Source: Alphaproteobacteria bacterium
GTDB lineage: Bacteria > Pseudomonadota > Alphaproteobacteria > GCA-2731375
Length of the DNA stretch: 32,961 nucleotides
Assembly (NCBI GenBank): GCA_965225945.1
Contig: CBDDBZ010000008.1
Location: 1 to 32,961 of the forward strand
Direction: 5' to 3'
How positions within the stretch are numbered: the stretch's first letter is position 1; every line of letters starts with the position of its first letter. The notes beneath the pieces are model-generated. The model was given only the letters and a program-made list of their open reading frames with translations. It was not told where the DNA came from and searched no databases. Below, in pieces: positions 1 through 8,480 of the stretch. A program made the translations under genes and the position numbers.

Positions 1-408
1 CAGATTATCGAAATGCACCTTGTGGTGGGTCGCCTCGGGCTCCTCGAAGTTGATCTGGTTGACCTTCAGCAGGGCGAAGTAGCGCTCGCCCTCCTTGGGC
101 GCGCGGATCTCGCCGTCGACCGTGTCGCCGGTCCTGAGCGCGAAACGGCGGATCTGCGAGGGCGAGACGTAGATGTCGTCGGGCCCGGGCAGGTAGTTCG
201 ATTCGGGCGCGCGGAGGAAACCGAAGCCGTCCTGGAGGACCTCGAGGACCCCGCCGCCGGTGATCTCCTCGTTCTTCTCCGCGAGCTGCTTGAGGATGGC
301 GAACATCATGTCCTGGCGGCGCAGCGAGCTGGCATTCTCGACTTCGAGCTCCTCCGCGTAGGACAGCAGGTCCGTGGGGTTCTTGGCCTTGAGTTCCTGG
401 AGATGCAT
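1..408 (-). CDS. rho: Transcription termination factor Rho, 5' part (runs off the left edge)
   Basis: Manual minus-strand translation from ATG at 408: [41 protein letters not shown]...[14 protein letters not shown]...[43 protein letters not shown], the classic Rho N-terminal and RNA-binding domains. Absent from the ORF track because it is truncated. Confidence 0.97.
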   Translation of the reverse strand, partial: MHLQELKAKNPTDLLSYAEELEVENASSLRRQDMMFAILKQLAEKNEEITGGGVLEVLQDGFGFLRAPESNYLPGPDDIYVSPSQIRRFALRTGDTVDGEIRAPKEGERYFALLKVNQINFEEPEATHHKVHFDNL

Positions 409-679
409 TTGGGAAAACCGTTACGTTACTTCTTGGGGGGAAGGGGCTTGGAGCGCCGGCTCCGGCGAGGACCGGCCCCGGGGATCGCGGTCCGCCGATG
501 TCGCTCGTCCCGGCTGCGAGACCGTGTCGCGGCCGCTTGCGTGGGACGGTTGAGCCGGGTTGGCGATAACCCGGCGTCGCATGCCGGTTGTGACGAGGGT
601 AAGGGATCGTTACCGATGGAAGAAGGCGCGGTCCGGGTGGCAACCGGTCGAATTTCGCCACATTCAACAACGCACTACT

Positions 680-710
680 GGATAATTAGTCGCCCGCGCG
701 AAAAAAGCAA
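680..710 (-). promoter_or_regulatory. Candidate sigma70-type promoter for rho
   Basis: Minus strand TTGCTT-N16/17-TAATTA(T) in an AT-rich patch about 270 nt upstream of the rho ATG. Confidence 0.35.
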
Positions 711-791
711 GGGATTAAGTGCGGTGGCTCGTGGTGATTACGATCGAAAGTCCGGGCCGGCCGGGCACGCCATCATTTATGATGGCCGATA

Positions 792-1727
792 CTACGCCAT
801 GTGGGCGAGATATTGGGCGACGAAATCATGGCCGACGACGCGAGCGAAGGCCTCCTGCAAACGCCGGGTCACGGGGCCGGGGACCGCCAGCTCGGCCGGC
901 GCGCGGCCCTGGACGGCGCTCACCGGACAGAGGCAAAGACTGGTCGAGGTGATGAAGGCCTCGTCGGCAATCGCCGCGTCGAACAGTGTCAGGTCCGCCT
1001 CGCGGCACGGAATCTCGAGCGCCCGGCATTGTTCCATCGCCACCTCGCGGCTGATGCCGGGCAGCACGTATTCGGCCCGGGGCGTCGTCACCTCGCCGTC
1101 GCGCACCAGGAACAGGTTGGAGCCGCTGCCCTCGGTCAGAAAACCCCGGGTGTCGAGCAGGATCGGCCAGGCGCCGGGGTGGGCGTCCTTCACCTCGTTG
1201 GCGGCGACGATCAGGTTCAGGTAGTTGTGCGTCTTGGCGTTGGGGGAGAGCGCCTCGGGCGGCGTGCGCCGGGTCGGCGGGATCGCCACCTCTATTCCGT
1301 CGCGGAAGAGCGCCGCCCGGCCCGCCAGCGGCAGCGGCACGCAGAGCACGATCACCGTCGGCCCCTCGTGCCCGCCCGGCCCGTCGGCCAAGTTGGAGCC
1401 CCGCGTGATCCGCTGGAAGATCCAGTAATCCTCGTCCGGCCCCAGCAGATGGCGGTTGCGGGCGACGACGTCCTCCGAGATCTCGGTCATCTCCGCCTTG
1501 GAGAGGCCGGGATCGATATCGACGTAGCGGAGCGAACGGTAGAGCCGGTCGATGTGTTCGGCCAGGCGGAAAGTTTGGCCGGCGAAGGTTCGCGCGGTGT
1601 CGAACACTGCATCGCCGAAGATGAAACCGCGGTCGTTGACATGGACCCGGGCATCCGCCTCGGCGACGATCTCGCCATTCATGTAAACCACCCGCTGGTT
1701 GGCGCCGCCGCCACCGCCGTTCGTCAT
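792..1727 (-). CDS. PLP-dependent aminotransferase class IV (BCAT/D-amino acid transaminase/ADC lyase fold)
   Basis: Motifs DRGFIFGDAVFDTART, HIDRL, AKTHNYL (PLP lysine), EGSGSNLF and LPGISR. Start placed at ATG 1727, preceded by an AAGGGGA RBS. Confidence 0.9.
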   Translation of the reverse strand: MTNGGGGGANQRVVYMNGEIVAEADARVHVNDRGFIFGDAVFDTARTFAGQTFRLAEHIDRLYRSLRYVDIDPGLSKAEMTEISEDVVARNRHLLGPDEDYWIFQRITRGSNLADGPGGHEGPTVIVLCVPLPLAGRAALFRDGIEVAIPPTRRTPPEALSPNAKTHNYLNLIVAANEVKDAHPGAWPILLDTRGFLTEGSGSNLFLVRDGEVTTPRAEYVLPGISREVAMEQCRALEIPCREADLTLFDAAIADEAFITSTSLCLCPVSAVQGRAPAELAVPGPVTRRLQEAFARVVGHDFVAQYLAHMA

Positions 1728-1948
1728 CGCGCATCCCCTTCCCGGCCATTTCCCGGCCATGTCCCGTAATGCCCCGCCATGATGCCCGCGCGAGCGGCCG
1801 GGAGCAACGGCGAGACGGATTCGGGTTTGGTCCGGGCCTGCCGGGTACTGCCGGGCGGCGCGGCCTGGAAACCGTTTGGCAACCCTTTCGCGGCTATAAC
1901 GAGCGGCGAAGAGGGTGGCGGCGGCCGCCCGCGAGGGATGGAAATGCC

Positions 1949-2701
1949 ATGCGCGAGGTGAGTTTCGACGCCGGCCAGATCATCTTCCGCGAGGGCGACG
2001 CGGCCGACGCCGTCTATCTGCTGCGCTCCGGCGCGGTGGAGGTGGTGCGCGAAAGCCAGGCCACCGAAATCCGCCTCGCCGTCCTCGGCGAGGGCGAGCT
2101 GTTCGGCGAGATCTCCGTCATCCGGGGCGAGGCGCGGTCCACGACGCTGCGCGCCCTCGGCCCGGCCAGCGCGGTCGAAATTCCCCGCGAGGCGTTCCTC
2201 AAGGCGTTTCCCGACGACAATCCCCTCGCGCTCAAGGTTCTGCGCGGCCTCTGCGGACGGCTGATCAATTCGAACGACATGATGGTCGACGGCCAGGTCC
2301 GCCGCGGCGTCGGCGAGGAAGACCTCCGCCGCGTCCGGCTGCTGCCCGACTCGCCCGAGGTCGGCGCCCAGATCGGCGAGGACGGCGTGGCGATCACCGC
2401 CTTTCCCTTCGAGGTCGGCGGCCATATCCGCGCCGGCGTGTCGCCCAGCCACCGCACCCACGGCCTGTCGTTGCGTCACGCCGACGAGCAGCGCATTTCG
2501 AACCGGCAGTTCAGCCTCGAGTTCGTCGCCGGCCGCCTGCACCTGCGCGATCTCGGCAGCCGGCTCGGCACCGTGGTCAACGACGTGCGGCTCGCGCGCT
2601 TCGAGGAAACCGACATCATCCCGCTCGACCTCGGCGAAAGCCGGGTCCAGACCGGCGGCGAGGACTCGCCTTATCGCTTCCGCCTCCTGGTAGAGGGTTG
2701 A
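1949..2701 (+). CDS. Cyclic-nucleotide-binding domain plus C-terminal FHA domain protein
   Basis: N-terminus FDAGQIIFREGDAADAVYLLRSGAVEV...LGEGELFGEIS...RSTTLRA matches cNMP_binding. C-terminus ISNRQFSLE...LHLRDLGSRLGTVVND matches an FHA fold. ATG 1949 follows GAGGGA. Confidence 0.8.
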   Translation: MREVSFDAGQIIFREGDAADAVYLLRSGAVEVVRESQATEIRLAVLGEGELFGEISVIRGEARSTTLRALGPASAVEIPREAFLKAFPDDNPLALKVLRGLCGRLINSNDMMVDGQVRRGVGEEDLRRVRLLPDSPEVGAQIGEDGVAITAFPFEVGGHIRAGVSPSHRTHGLSLRHADEQRISNRQFSLEFVAGRLHLRDLGSRLGTVVNDVRLARFEETDIIPLDLGESRVQTGGEDSPYRFRLLVEG

Positions 2702-2800
2702 GGACGGCTCGGGGCGCGAGGCTTTCAGGATTGGTCCAGGCCGGGCGGTTCGGATCAAGCGCGCTTCCTCGCGAGAAGTAGCGCCCGACGAGCCTAGCCC

Positions 2801-3250
2801 TCAGAACGGGCGCACGATCACCATGATCACGATCACGATCATCAGCACGGTCGGCGCCTCGTTGGCCAGGCGATAGAAGCGCGCCGAGCGGCGGTTGCGG
2901 TCCGCCGCGAAATCCTTGCGCCAGCGGGAATAGAAACCGTGCAGCGTGCTCATCACGACGACGGCGACCAGCTTCAGGTGGATCCAACCCGCGCTCCAGT
3001 CGATCACCCCGGGCGTCGCCAGCAGCAGGCCGCCGAACACCCAGGTCAGAACCATGGCCGGATTGATGATGGCCCTCAGCAGGCGCCGCTCCATGACCTT
3101 GAGGGTTTCCGAAAGCTCGGAGCCCGCCTCGGCGTCGACATGATAGACGTAGAGCCTGGGCAGATAGAACATGCCCGCCATCCAGGCGATCATGGCGATG
3201 ACGTGCAGCGCCTTGATCCAGGGATGGAACTCGCCGAGCAGCGCGCTCAT
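2801..3250 (-). CDS. hemJ: Protoporphyrinogen IX oxidase HemJ
   Basis: WIKALHVIAMIAWMAGMFYLPRLYVYH...MERRLLRAIINPAM...NEAPTVLMIVIVIMVIVRPF. ATGA overlap with the hemH stop. Confidence 0.95.
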   Translation of the reverse strand: MSALLGEFHPWIKALHVIAMIAWMAGMFYLPRLYVYHVDAEAGSELSETLKVMERRLLRAIINPAMVLTWVFGGLLLATPGVIDWSAGWIHLKLVAVVVMSTLHGFYSRWRKDFAADRNRRSARFYRLANEAPTVLMIVIVIMVIVRPF

Positions 3251-4299
3251 CCGCCCGGCCTCGCCATGGCGCAGCCGGTGAAGGCCGCCGGGCAAAGGCG
3301 GCGGCCCTCGCCGCTCGCCGGCGTGGCGCCCGCCCGCGCCAGGGCACCGCGAACCAGATCGGCCAGTCCGGCGATGAAATGGGACTGCGTGCCGAGCGCG
3401 GGCACGCGGCGATAGCCCGCCACCCCGGCCGCCGCGGCCAGTTCGCCATATTCGACATCCAGTTCGACCAGGGTCTCGGAATGCTCGGAAACGAAGGCGA
3501 TCGGCACCACGACGAGCGCGCGGCCCTCGGCGCCGGCGCGCCGGATCTCCGCCTCCGTCGCCGGTCCGATCCACCTGAGCGGCCCGACCCGGCTCTGATA
3601 GCAGATCCGCCAGTCGAGCCCGGCCGCGCCCCCCGGGTCCAGCCGCGCTGCCACGGCCTCCGCCGTCCGCTCGACCTGCCATTGATAGGGATCGCCGGCC
3701 CGCACCACCTTCTCCGGCATGCCATGGGCCGAAAACAGCAGCCGCGTCGGCCCCTCGGCCAAACTGTCGTCCAGGAGCCGCCGGATCAGCGCGGCCTGGG
3801 CCTCGACCAGGGCCTCCTGTCGTGGATAGCAGCAGATGGCGTGCATCGGCGCATCGAGGCCCCGGGCCCGGGCCGCGGCCGCCCACGCCGCCAGCGAGGA
3901 GGCCGTGGTGGTGGTAGAAAACTGCGGATAGAGCGGCAACAGCACGATCCGGTCCGGCTTCCACCGGCCGAGCGCGTCGGCCGCCGCCTCGCTCATCGGG
4001 TGCCAGTAGCGCATGGCGAGTTCGACCCGCACCTCGCCCAGATCGGCGAGCGCCTGGCCAAGCGCCTCGGCCTGTGCCCGGGTTTCGGCCAGCAGCGGCG
4101 ACGCACCGCCGAGCTTGGCGTAGATCGCCCGGGCCGTCGGCGCCCGCTGGGTGGAAATCAGCCAGGCGAGAACCCAGCGTAGGGGGCCCGGCATCCCCAG
4201 GATCGCCGGATCGGAAAAGAGGTTGCGGAGAAAGGGCCGCACCGCCTCGGGACTGTCCGGACCGCCCAGATTGAACAACACCACCGCCGTGCGCGCCAT
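3247..4299 (-). CDS. hemH: Ferrochelatase
   Basis: AVVLFNLGGP, AMRYWHP, LPLYPQFSTTTT, LFSAHG, YQSRVGP and FVSEHSETLVELD motifs. Confidence 0.96.
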   Translation of the reverse strand: MARTAVVLFNLGGPDSPEAVRPFLRNLFSDPAILGMPGPLRWVLAWLISTQRAPTARAIYAKLGGASPLLAETRAQAEALGQALADLGEVRVELAMRYWHPMSEAAADALGRWKPDRIVLLPLYPQFSTTTTASSLAAWAAAARARGLDAPMHAICCYPRQEALVEAQAALIRRLLDDSLAEGPTRLLFSAHGMPEKVVRAGDPYQWQVERTAEAVAARLDPGGAAGLDWRICYQSRVGPLRWIGPATEAEIRRAGAEGRALVVVPIAFVSEHSETLVELDVEYGELAAAAGVAGYRRVPALGTQSHFIAGLADLVRGALARAGATPASGEGRRLCPAAFTGCAMARPGG

Positions 4300-4628
4300 G
4301 GAACCTCTCGGAAACCGAACACCGCCGCTTCGAGGGATCGGTGCACCGTCGAACGCCACGGCGCCCGCCCCTCGTCTCGCGGTGGCCACTTTGCCCGGGT
4401 CCGGGAAACTGTCAAGCAAGAAACCGGCTTCGCCCGCCCGCGCGGCGGCGCCATTGCAAGTGGCGGGATGGAAAGAGACCGTCCTTGACGCGACGACGCC
4501 AGGCGTCGGAGCTTGGAATCAAGTCTCGAATGATCGGATGGATCGTGCGCGCCGCGCGGACGGGGGAAGCCGGTCCCGTCTGCAACCGTGCGATCCGTCA
4601 TGCGCGCGGGCCGCTTGTCCGCGTGGAT

Positions 4629-5051
4629 CTATGTCGGAACGCGGTCGCGTCGCAAATCGTCGAAGGCCGATGCGTTCTCACAGAAGCTCCGGTAGGCAAC
4701 CTGTCGCCTTCCGCCGGCAAGCCACCTTTTGCAAGTCTCCACTTCCCCGCATCCCAGGCAACGTTCCACCATCTCGTCGAGGCGAATTTTGAAATCGTCC
4801 CGCGAAAGCCTGCGCTCGTCCAGGCCGAGACGTCGCGCCATGGCCCACATCAACGGCGCTCCTTCCACCGGCGCCGTGGATTCCGGCGCGAACTTCGGAG
4901 CCGTCTCCGGGAATACGCCCCGAAGCGCAGGCCAACAAGCCTCGGATTGAAGCCGGCGGCCAAGACGTATCGATGCGGCGATTTCCGTGTTGTTCGGCCA
5001 TGCCTCCAGCGGATGCGGCACCCGATCTCTTTCGGTCAATTCAGCGGTCAT
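4629..5051 (-). CDS. Small Cys-containing protein resembling DUF6455
   Basis: C-terminal half MARRLG...RCLGCGEVETCKRWL...SFCENASAFDDL with CxxC-x5-C-x16-C. ATG 5051 is preceded by AGGGGA. Confidence 0.7.
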   Translation of the reverse strand: MTAELTERDRVPHPLEAWPNNTEIAASIRLGRRLQSEACWPALRGVFPETAPKFAPESTAPVEGAPLMWAMARRLGLDERRLSRDDFKIRLDEMVERCLGCGEVETCKRWLAGGRRQVAYRSFCENASAFDDLRRDRVPT

Positions 5052-5106
5052 GTTCGATCCCCTTTTGCGCCGGTTGCCAGATTGGACAGGACGAGCGAGG
5101 CCCGCA

Positions 5107-5122
5107 ATGATCTCGATCACAC
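5107..5122. promoter_or_regulatory. Candidate CRP/FNR-family binding site upstream of the DUF6455 gene
   Basis: ATGAT-CTCG-ATCAC at 5107-5120 (FNR box TTGAT-N4-ATCAA, 8/10). On the minus strand it reads TGTGA-N6-TCATT (CRP box, 8/10). Centred about 62 nt upstream of the ATG. Confidence 0.5.
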
Positions 5123-5191
5123 GCGAATTCGAGTTCGGGGATTGGCGACTTTCTCCGAAAATCCGGCGCCGGCGCCATTGACGGCAAGCGA

Positions 5192-6268
5192 CTACCCGGG
5201 TCCCTCGCCCACTTCGCTCCGGAGCAGGGCGGAGAGGGCCGCGACATGTTCCGGCGGAACTTCGGGCACGATGCCATGGCCGAGATTGAAGACATGCGGC
5301 CCGGATCCGAAGGTGGCGCGCATGCGCCGGGCTTCCGCCAGCATCGCCTCGCCGCCCACCACCAGAAGCTGCGGGTCGAGGTTTCCTTGCAGGCAAATAC
5401 CATTGCCGAGGGCCCGCCGGGCCCAACTGGGCGAGACGCCCTGGTCGAGGGCCACCGCATCAACGCCGGTGAGCTCAGCATACTCGACCAGTCCGGCGCC
5501 GGCGCCGCGCGGAAAGCCGATAATCGGTGCCTCGACGCCCCCCGCCCGCAGGCCGGCGACGATTTGCGCCGTCGGCTGGATCACCCAGCGATCGAATTCC
5601 TCCGCCGCCAGCGAGCCGGCCCAGGTGTCGAACAGTTGCAACGCCTCCGCGCCAGCGCGCGCCTGACCGGCGAGATAGTCGATCGTCGCCTCGACCAGCA
5701 ACTCGATCAGCGCGGCGAAACCTTGCCGGTCGCCATAAGCCCAACGCTTGGCGTGGCGATGATCTGGACTGCCGCCGCCCTCCACCATGTAGGTCGCCAC
5801 GGTCCAGGGAGCGCCCGCGAAGCCGATCAGCGCGACCCCGTCGGGCAAGGCCCCGGCCACGCGCGATACCGTCTCCAGCACCGGCGCCAGGCGGTCCTCG
5901 GCGCCCCGTCGCTCGAGCCCGGCGAGCGCCTTGGCGTCGCGGATCGGCGCCAGCACCGGCCCCTCGCCCTCCCGGTAGTCGAGCGGCTGGCCGAGAGCGT
6001 GGGGAATCAGCAGGATGTCGGCGAAGAGGATCGCGGCGTCCATCTGGAAGCGGCGGATCGGCTGCAATGTCACCTCGGCCGCCAGTTCGGGCGCCATGCA
6101 GAGATCGAGAAAACCGCCCGCACGGGCCCGAACCGCCCGGTATTCCGGCAGATAGCGGCCGGCCTGGCGCATGAACCAGAAGGGCGGGCGTGACAAGCTC
6201 TCGCCGCCGAGCGCGCGAAGTAGGGGTTTGGCGCCGTTCGCTGCCGTTTCACTCGTTTGGTCGCTCAT
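5192..6268 (-). CDS. hemE: Uroporphyrinogen decarboxylase
   Basis: PFWFMRQAGRYLPEYR, DAAILFADIL, LIGFAGAPWTVATYMVEG, QGNLDP and FNLGHGI motifs. Start at ATG 6268. Confidence 0.97.
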   Translation of the reverse strand: MSDQTSETAANGAKPLLRALGGESLSRPPFWFMRQAGRYLPEYRAVRARAGGFLDLCMAPELAAEVTLQPIRRFQMDAAILFADILLIPHALGQPLDYREGEGPVLAPIRDAKALAGLERRGAEDRLAPVLETVSRVAGALPDGVALIGFAGAPWTVATYMVEGGGSPDHRHAKRWAYGDRQGFAALIELLVEATIDYLAGQARAGAEALQLFDTWAGSLAAEEFDRWVIQPTAQIVAGLRAGGVEAPIIGFPRGAGAGLVEYAELTGVDAVALDQGVSPSWARRALGNGICLQGNLDPQLLVVGGEAMLAEARRMRATFGSGPHVFNLGHGIVPEVPPEHVAALSALLRSEVGEGPG

Positions 6269-6699
6269 GCGCGATTCTTTCCCCCGCGATGTCCCACTCC
6301 ATAACAAGTCTAGATTAATTAAAAGGAATCTTGTGGTTTGTTGTTGTAGCTGGGGGCAGTGGGGATTTCCATGTCGTTCACCGCGCCATCCCCAATAATT
6401 CCGGGCGGCATGCGCGTGACGGATCTCTTGGCGGCCGGTGGATGGTTTGGAATTTTCTCGTGGTGGCGGGCGGGTGCCCGGAATCTCGCGGTGGATGGAC
6501 GTGGGGGGAATCCGAGACGGCTCGGATCGTGCCCGTTTTTCGCCCTCGCGCGAACAGGCCCGCGCACGGGTGGGGAACCCGGTGGGGCAAAATCGCGCAA
6601 GAAGCATGAATCCGATTGCAAGTCGGATGCGTCCGGCATATCCCCAATCCGTGCCGGAAATATCCTCGGGCGCGGGCGTCGAGACGGCGGGGCGGAATC
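6269..6699. other. oriC: Predicted chromosomal replication origin (oriC)
   Basis: Intergenic region between divergent hemE and the DUF299 gene, the established oriC position in Caulobacter, Rickettsia and rhizobia. AT-rich patch at 6301-6350; six GANTC sites (6273, 6326, 6481, 6508, 6608, 6695); several co-oriented degenerate DnaA-box-like 9-mers (GGTGGATGG at 6437 and 6490, GGTGGGGAA 6569, GGTGGGGCA 6581, AGTGGGGAT 6358). parAB and parS are in the same window. Confidence 0.8.
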
Positions 6700-7512
6700 G
6701 TGGACAAGTTTCATCTGCATCTGGTTTCCGACGCCACCGGCGAGACCTTGAGCGCGGTCGCCAAGGCGGCTCTGGTGCAGTTCGAGGAGGCGGAGCCGGT
6801 CGAACATCTGTGGACCATGATCCGCACCCGGGCACAGGTCGCCCGCGTTGTCGAGGGCGTGCTCGAGAGCCCGGGCCTCGTGTTCTTCACCATGGTCGAT
6901 CGGCAGTTGCGCGCGATGCTGCAGGAGGAATGCCGTCGCCACCGTATCGTCAGCGTTTCGGTGCTGGATCCGGTGATGGGGGCGCTGGCCAGCTACCTGG
7001 GCGCCGAGGCCGACGCGCGGCCGGGCCGCCAGCATGTGATGGATGCCGAATACTTCCACCGTATCGACGCCATGCACTATTGCCTGGCGCATGACGACGG
7101 TCATGGCGTCGATCACCTGCGCGAGGCGGAAGTCGTGCTGGTTGGAGTTTCCCGTACCTCGAAGACGCCCACCTGCATCTACCTCGCAAACCGTGGCATC
7201 AAGGCGGCGAACGTGCCGGTGGTACCGAGCCTGCCATTTCCCGAAACGCTCTCCGAGCTTGGGGAAACGCTGGTGGTCGGCCTGACGGCGAGTGCGGACC
7301 GCTTGGTGCAGATCCGCCGCAACCGGCTGCTGTCCATCAACGAGATATCCGGGACCGATTACGCCGATATCGCGGCGGTAAAGGAGGAACTGGTATATGC
7401 CCGCCGGCTTTTCGCCAAGAATGGATGGCCGGTGATCGACGTCACGCGCCGCTCAATCGAGGAGACGGCCGCGGCCGTCATGAATGTGATGGCGCGCCGG
7501 CGGACCGGCTGA
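6700..7512 (+). CDS. ppsR: Pyruvate phosphate/water dikinase regulatory protein (kinase/pyrophosphorylase, DUF299)
   Basis: HLVSDATGET, YFHRIDAMHY...HDDG, LVGVSRTSKTPT and IDVTRRSIEETAA motifs. GTG start at 6700. Confidence 0.93.
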   Translation: MDKFHLHLVSDATGETLSAVAKAALVQFEEAEPVEHLWTMIRTRAQVARVVEGVLESPGLVFFTMVDRQLRAMLQEECRRHRIVSVSVLDPVMGALASYLGAEADARPGRQHVMDAEYFHRIDAMHYCLAHDDGHGVDHLREAEVVLVGVSRTSKTPTCIYLANRGIKAANVPVVPSLPFPETLSELGETLVVGLTASADRLVQIRRNRLLSINEISGTDYADIAAVKEELVYARRLFAKNGWPVIDVTRRSIEETAAAVMNVMARRRTG

Positions 7513-7633
7513 GGCATCGCCATTTCCGGCGCTTAAGTTGTGATGCCCGTTCACGGCGACCTGATTGCCGCGCGTGCCAACCGTCGACGTCGAACCAAGC
7601 CCAGGGATCAATCCGTTCAAGCGATCACGGATG

Positions 7634-8470
7634 TCACTCAACCAGTGGTAGATACCCAAAGCGTTCCATCGCGATGCGGTTCACCTCGACGATGCGGTCG
7701 ACCTGTTCGGGGCGCAACACGTCTCGCCAACCGTTGATCCGGCCTTCGCGAAAAAAGAACGGATTGACCTCGCCGCGTTCGCGAAAGCCGCCACGCCGTT
7801 CCTGATCTTTCAATTCGCGGAAGGAGGCGAATTTGATGGCGCGCGCCAGTTCGGCGCGGGTGGGCTTCAATCCGAGGAAGCCGGCGATGGCGCGGAAGGA
7901 CTTTTCCGGCTCGGCGAGGAGATCCTCGTAGCGCGCGACATGGATCGTGAGGCCCGGAGCCTGAACCCAGCTCATGACGTGGTTCTGCCAGGTGCCGAGT
8001 ATTTGGAAGACCGATCGATTGGCCGTGACGGTGTGGTTGTCGGCGCTGCAGATGGCCTCGACCGCGTCGTCGATGGTCATGGCCATGTGACGGGAATAGG
8101 AGACGACGACGTCGAGGGGATTGCGCAGGATATAGATGGCGCCCGCCGTCACCTCGGGCGTGATCGTGGCGACGCCATCATAGGCGATCACGGCATTGTG
8201 GGTTTTCACCAGCGTGGTGTCGGGACGCAGATCGGCGAGATAGCGATGGACGCGGGGCCTCAGGGCGTGGAGCGCGGCATCGTCCATCCCGGCGATGGGC
8301 CGCATTGCGACTTCCTCGAAATAGCCCGCGCGAAGATCGCTCGCCGTGAAGTCGGACAGTTGGTCGATCGGAAACGGTGTTTTGGCACCGGTCAGGAAGT
8401 TCGCCAGGAAGGCCCTGAGCCAAGTATTACCCGACTTGGGATAGGAGGCGAGCCAGAGAATGGAGCCCAT
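7634..8470 (-). CDS. PAPS-dependent sulfotransferase (Sulfotransfer_1 type), copy 4 in transcription order
   Basis: 5'-PSB loop SYPKSGNTW, KTH catalytic His, 3'-PB YILRNPLD..VS, RYEDL and FFREG...W. Confidence 0.9.
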   Translation of the reverse strand: MGSILWLASYPKSGNTWLRAFLANFLTGAKTPFPIDQLSDFTASDLRAGYFEEVAMRPIAGMDDAALHALRPRVHRYLADLRPDTTLVKTHNAVIAYDGVATITPEVTAGAIYILRNPLDVVVSYSRHMAMTIDDAVEAICSADNHTVTANRSVFQILGTWQNHVMSWVQAPGLTIHVARYEDLLAEPEKSFRAIAGFLGLKPTRAELARAIKFASFRELKDQERRGGFRERGEVNPFFFREGRINGWRDVLRPEQVDRIVEVNRIAMERFGYLPLVE

Positions 8471-8480
8471 GGTCGTGTTT

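Noticed and set aside
1877-1891. Sigma54 promoter TGGCAA-N5-TCGC upstream of the cNMP-FHA gene
   Set aside because: GG-N10-GC spacing is right but both elements deviate from consensus, and a GCTATAAC sigma70-like -10 overlaps it; too ambiguous to call.
2814-2845. Repeated CACGAT hexamers at the hemJ 3' end
   Set aside because: Simply the codons of the Ile/Val-rich transmembrane helix.
6301-6330. CtrA binding site in TTAATTAA
   Set aside because: The two TTAA are adjacent, not spaced by 7 nt; at most a half-site.
6269-6835. Long N-terminal extension of hemE (547-aa ORF) and small ORFs across the hemE-ppsR gap
   Set aside because: Homology starts near ATG 6268; the region is better explained as oriC plus divergent promoters.
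7513-7633. Hairpins between convergent ppsR and the last sulfotransferase (GGCATCGC/GTGATGCC, ATCCGT/ACGGAT)
   Set aside because: Short stems, long loops and no U-tract; not enough to call a terminator or sRNA.
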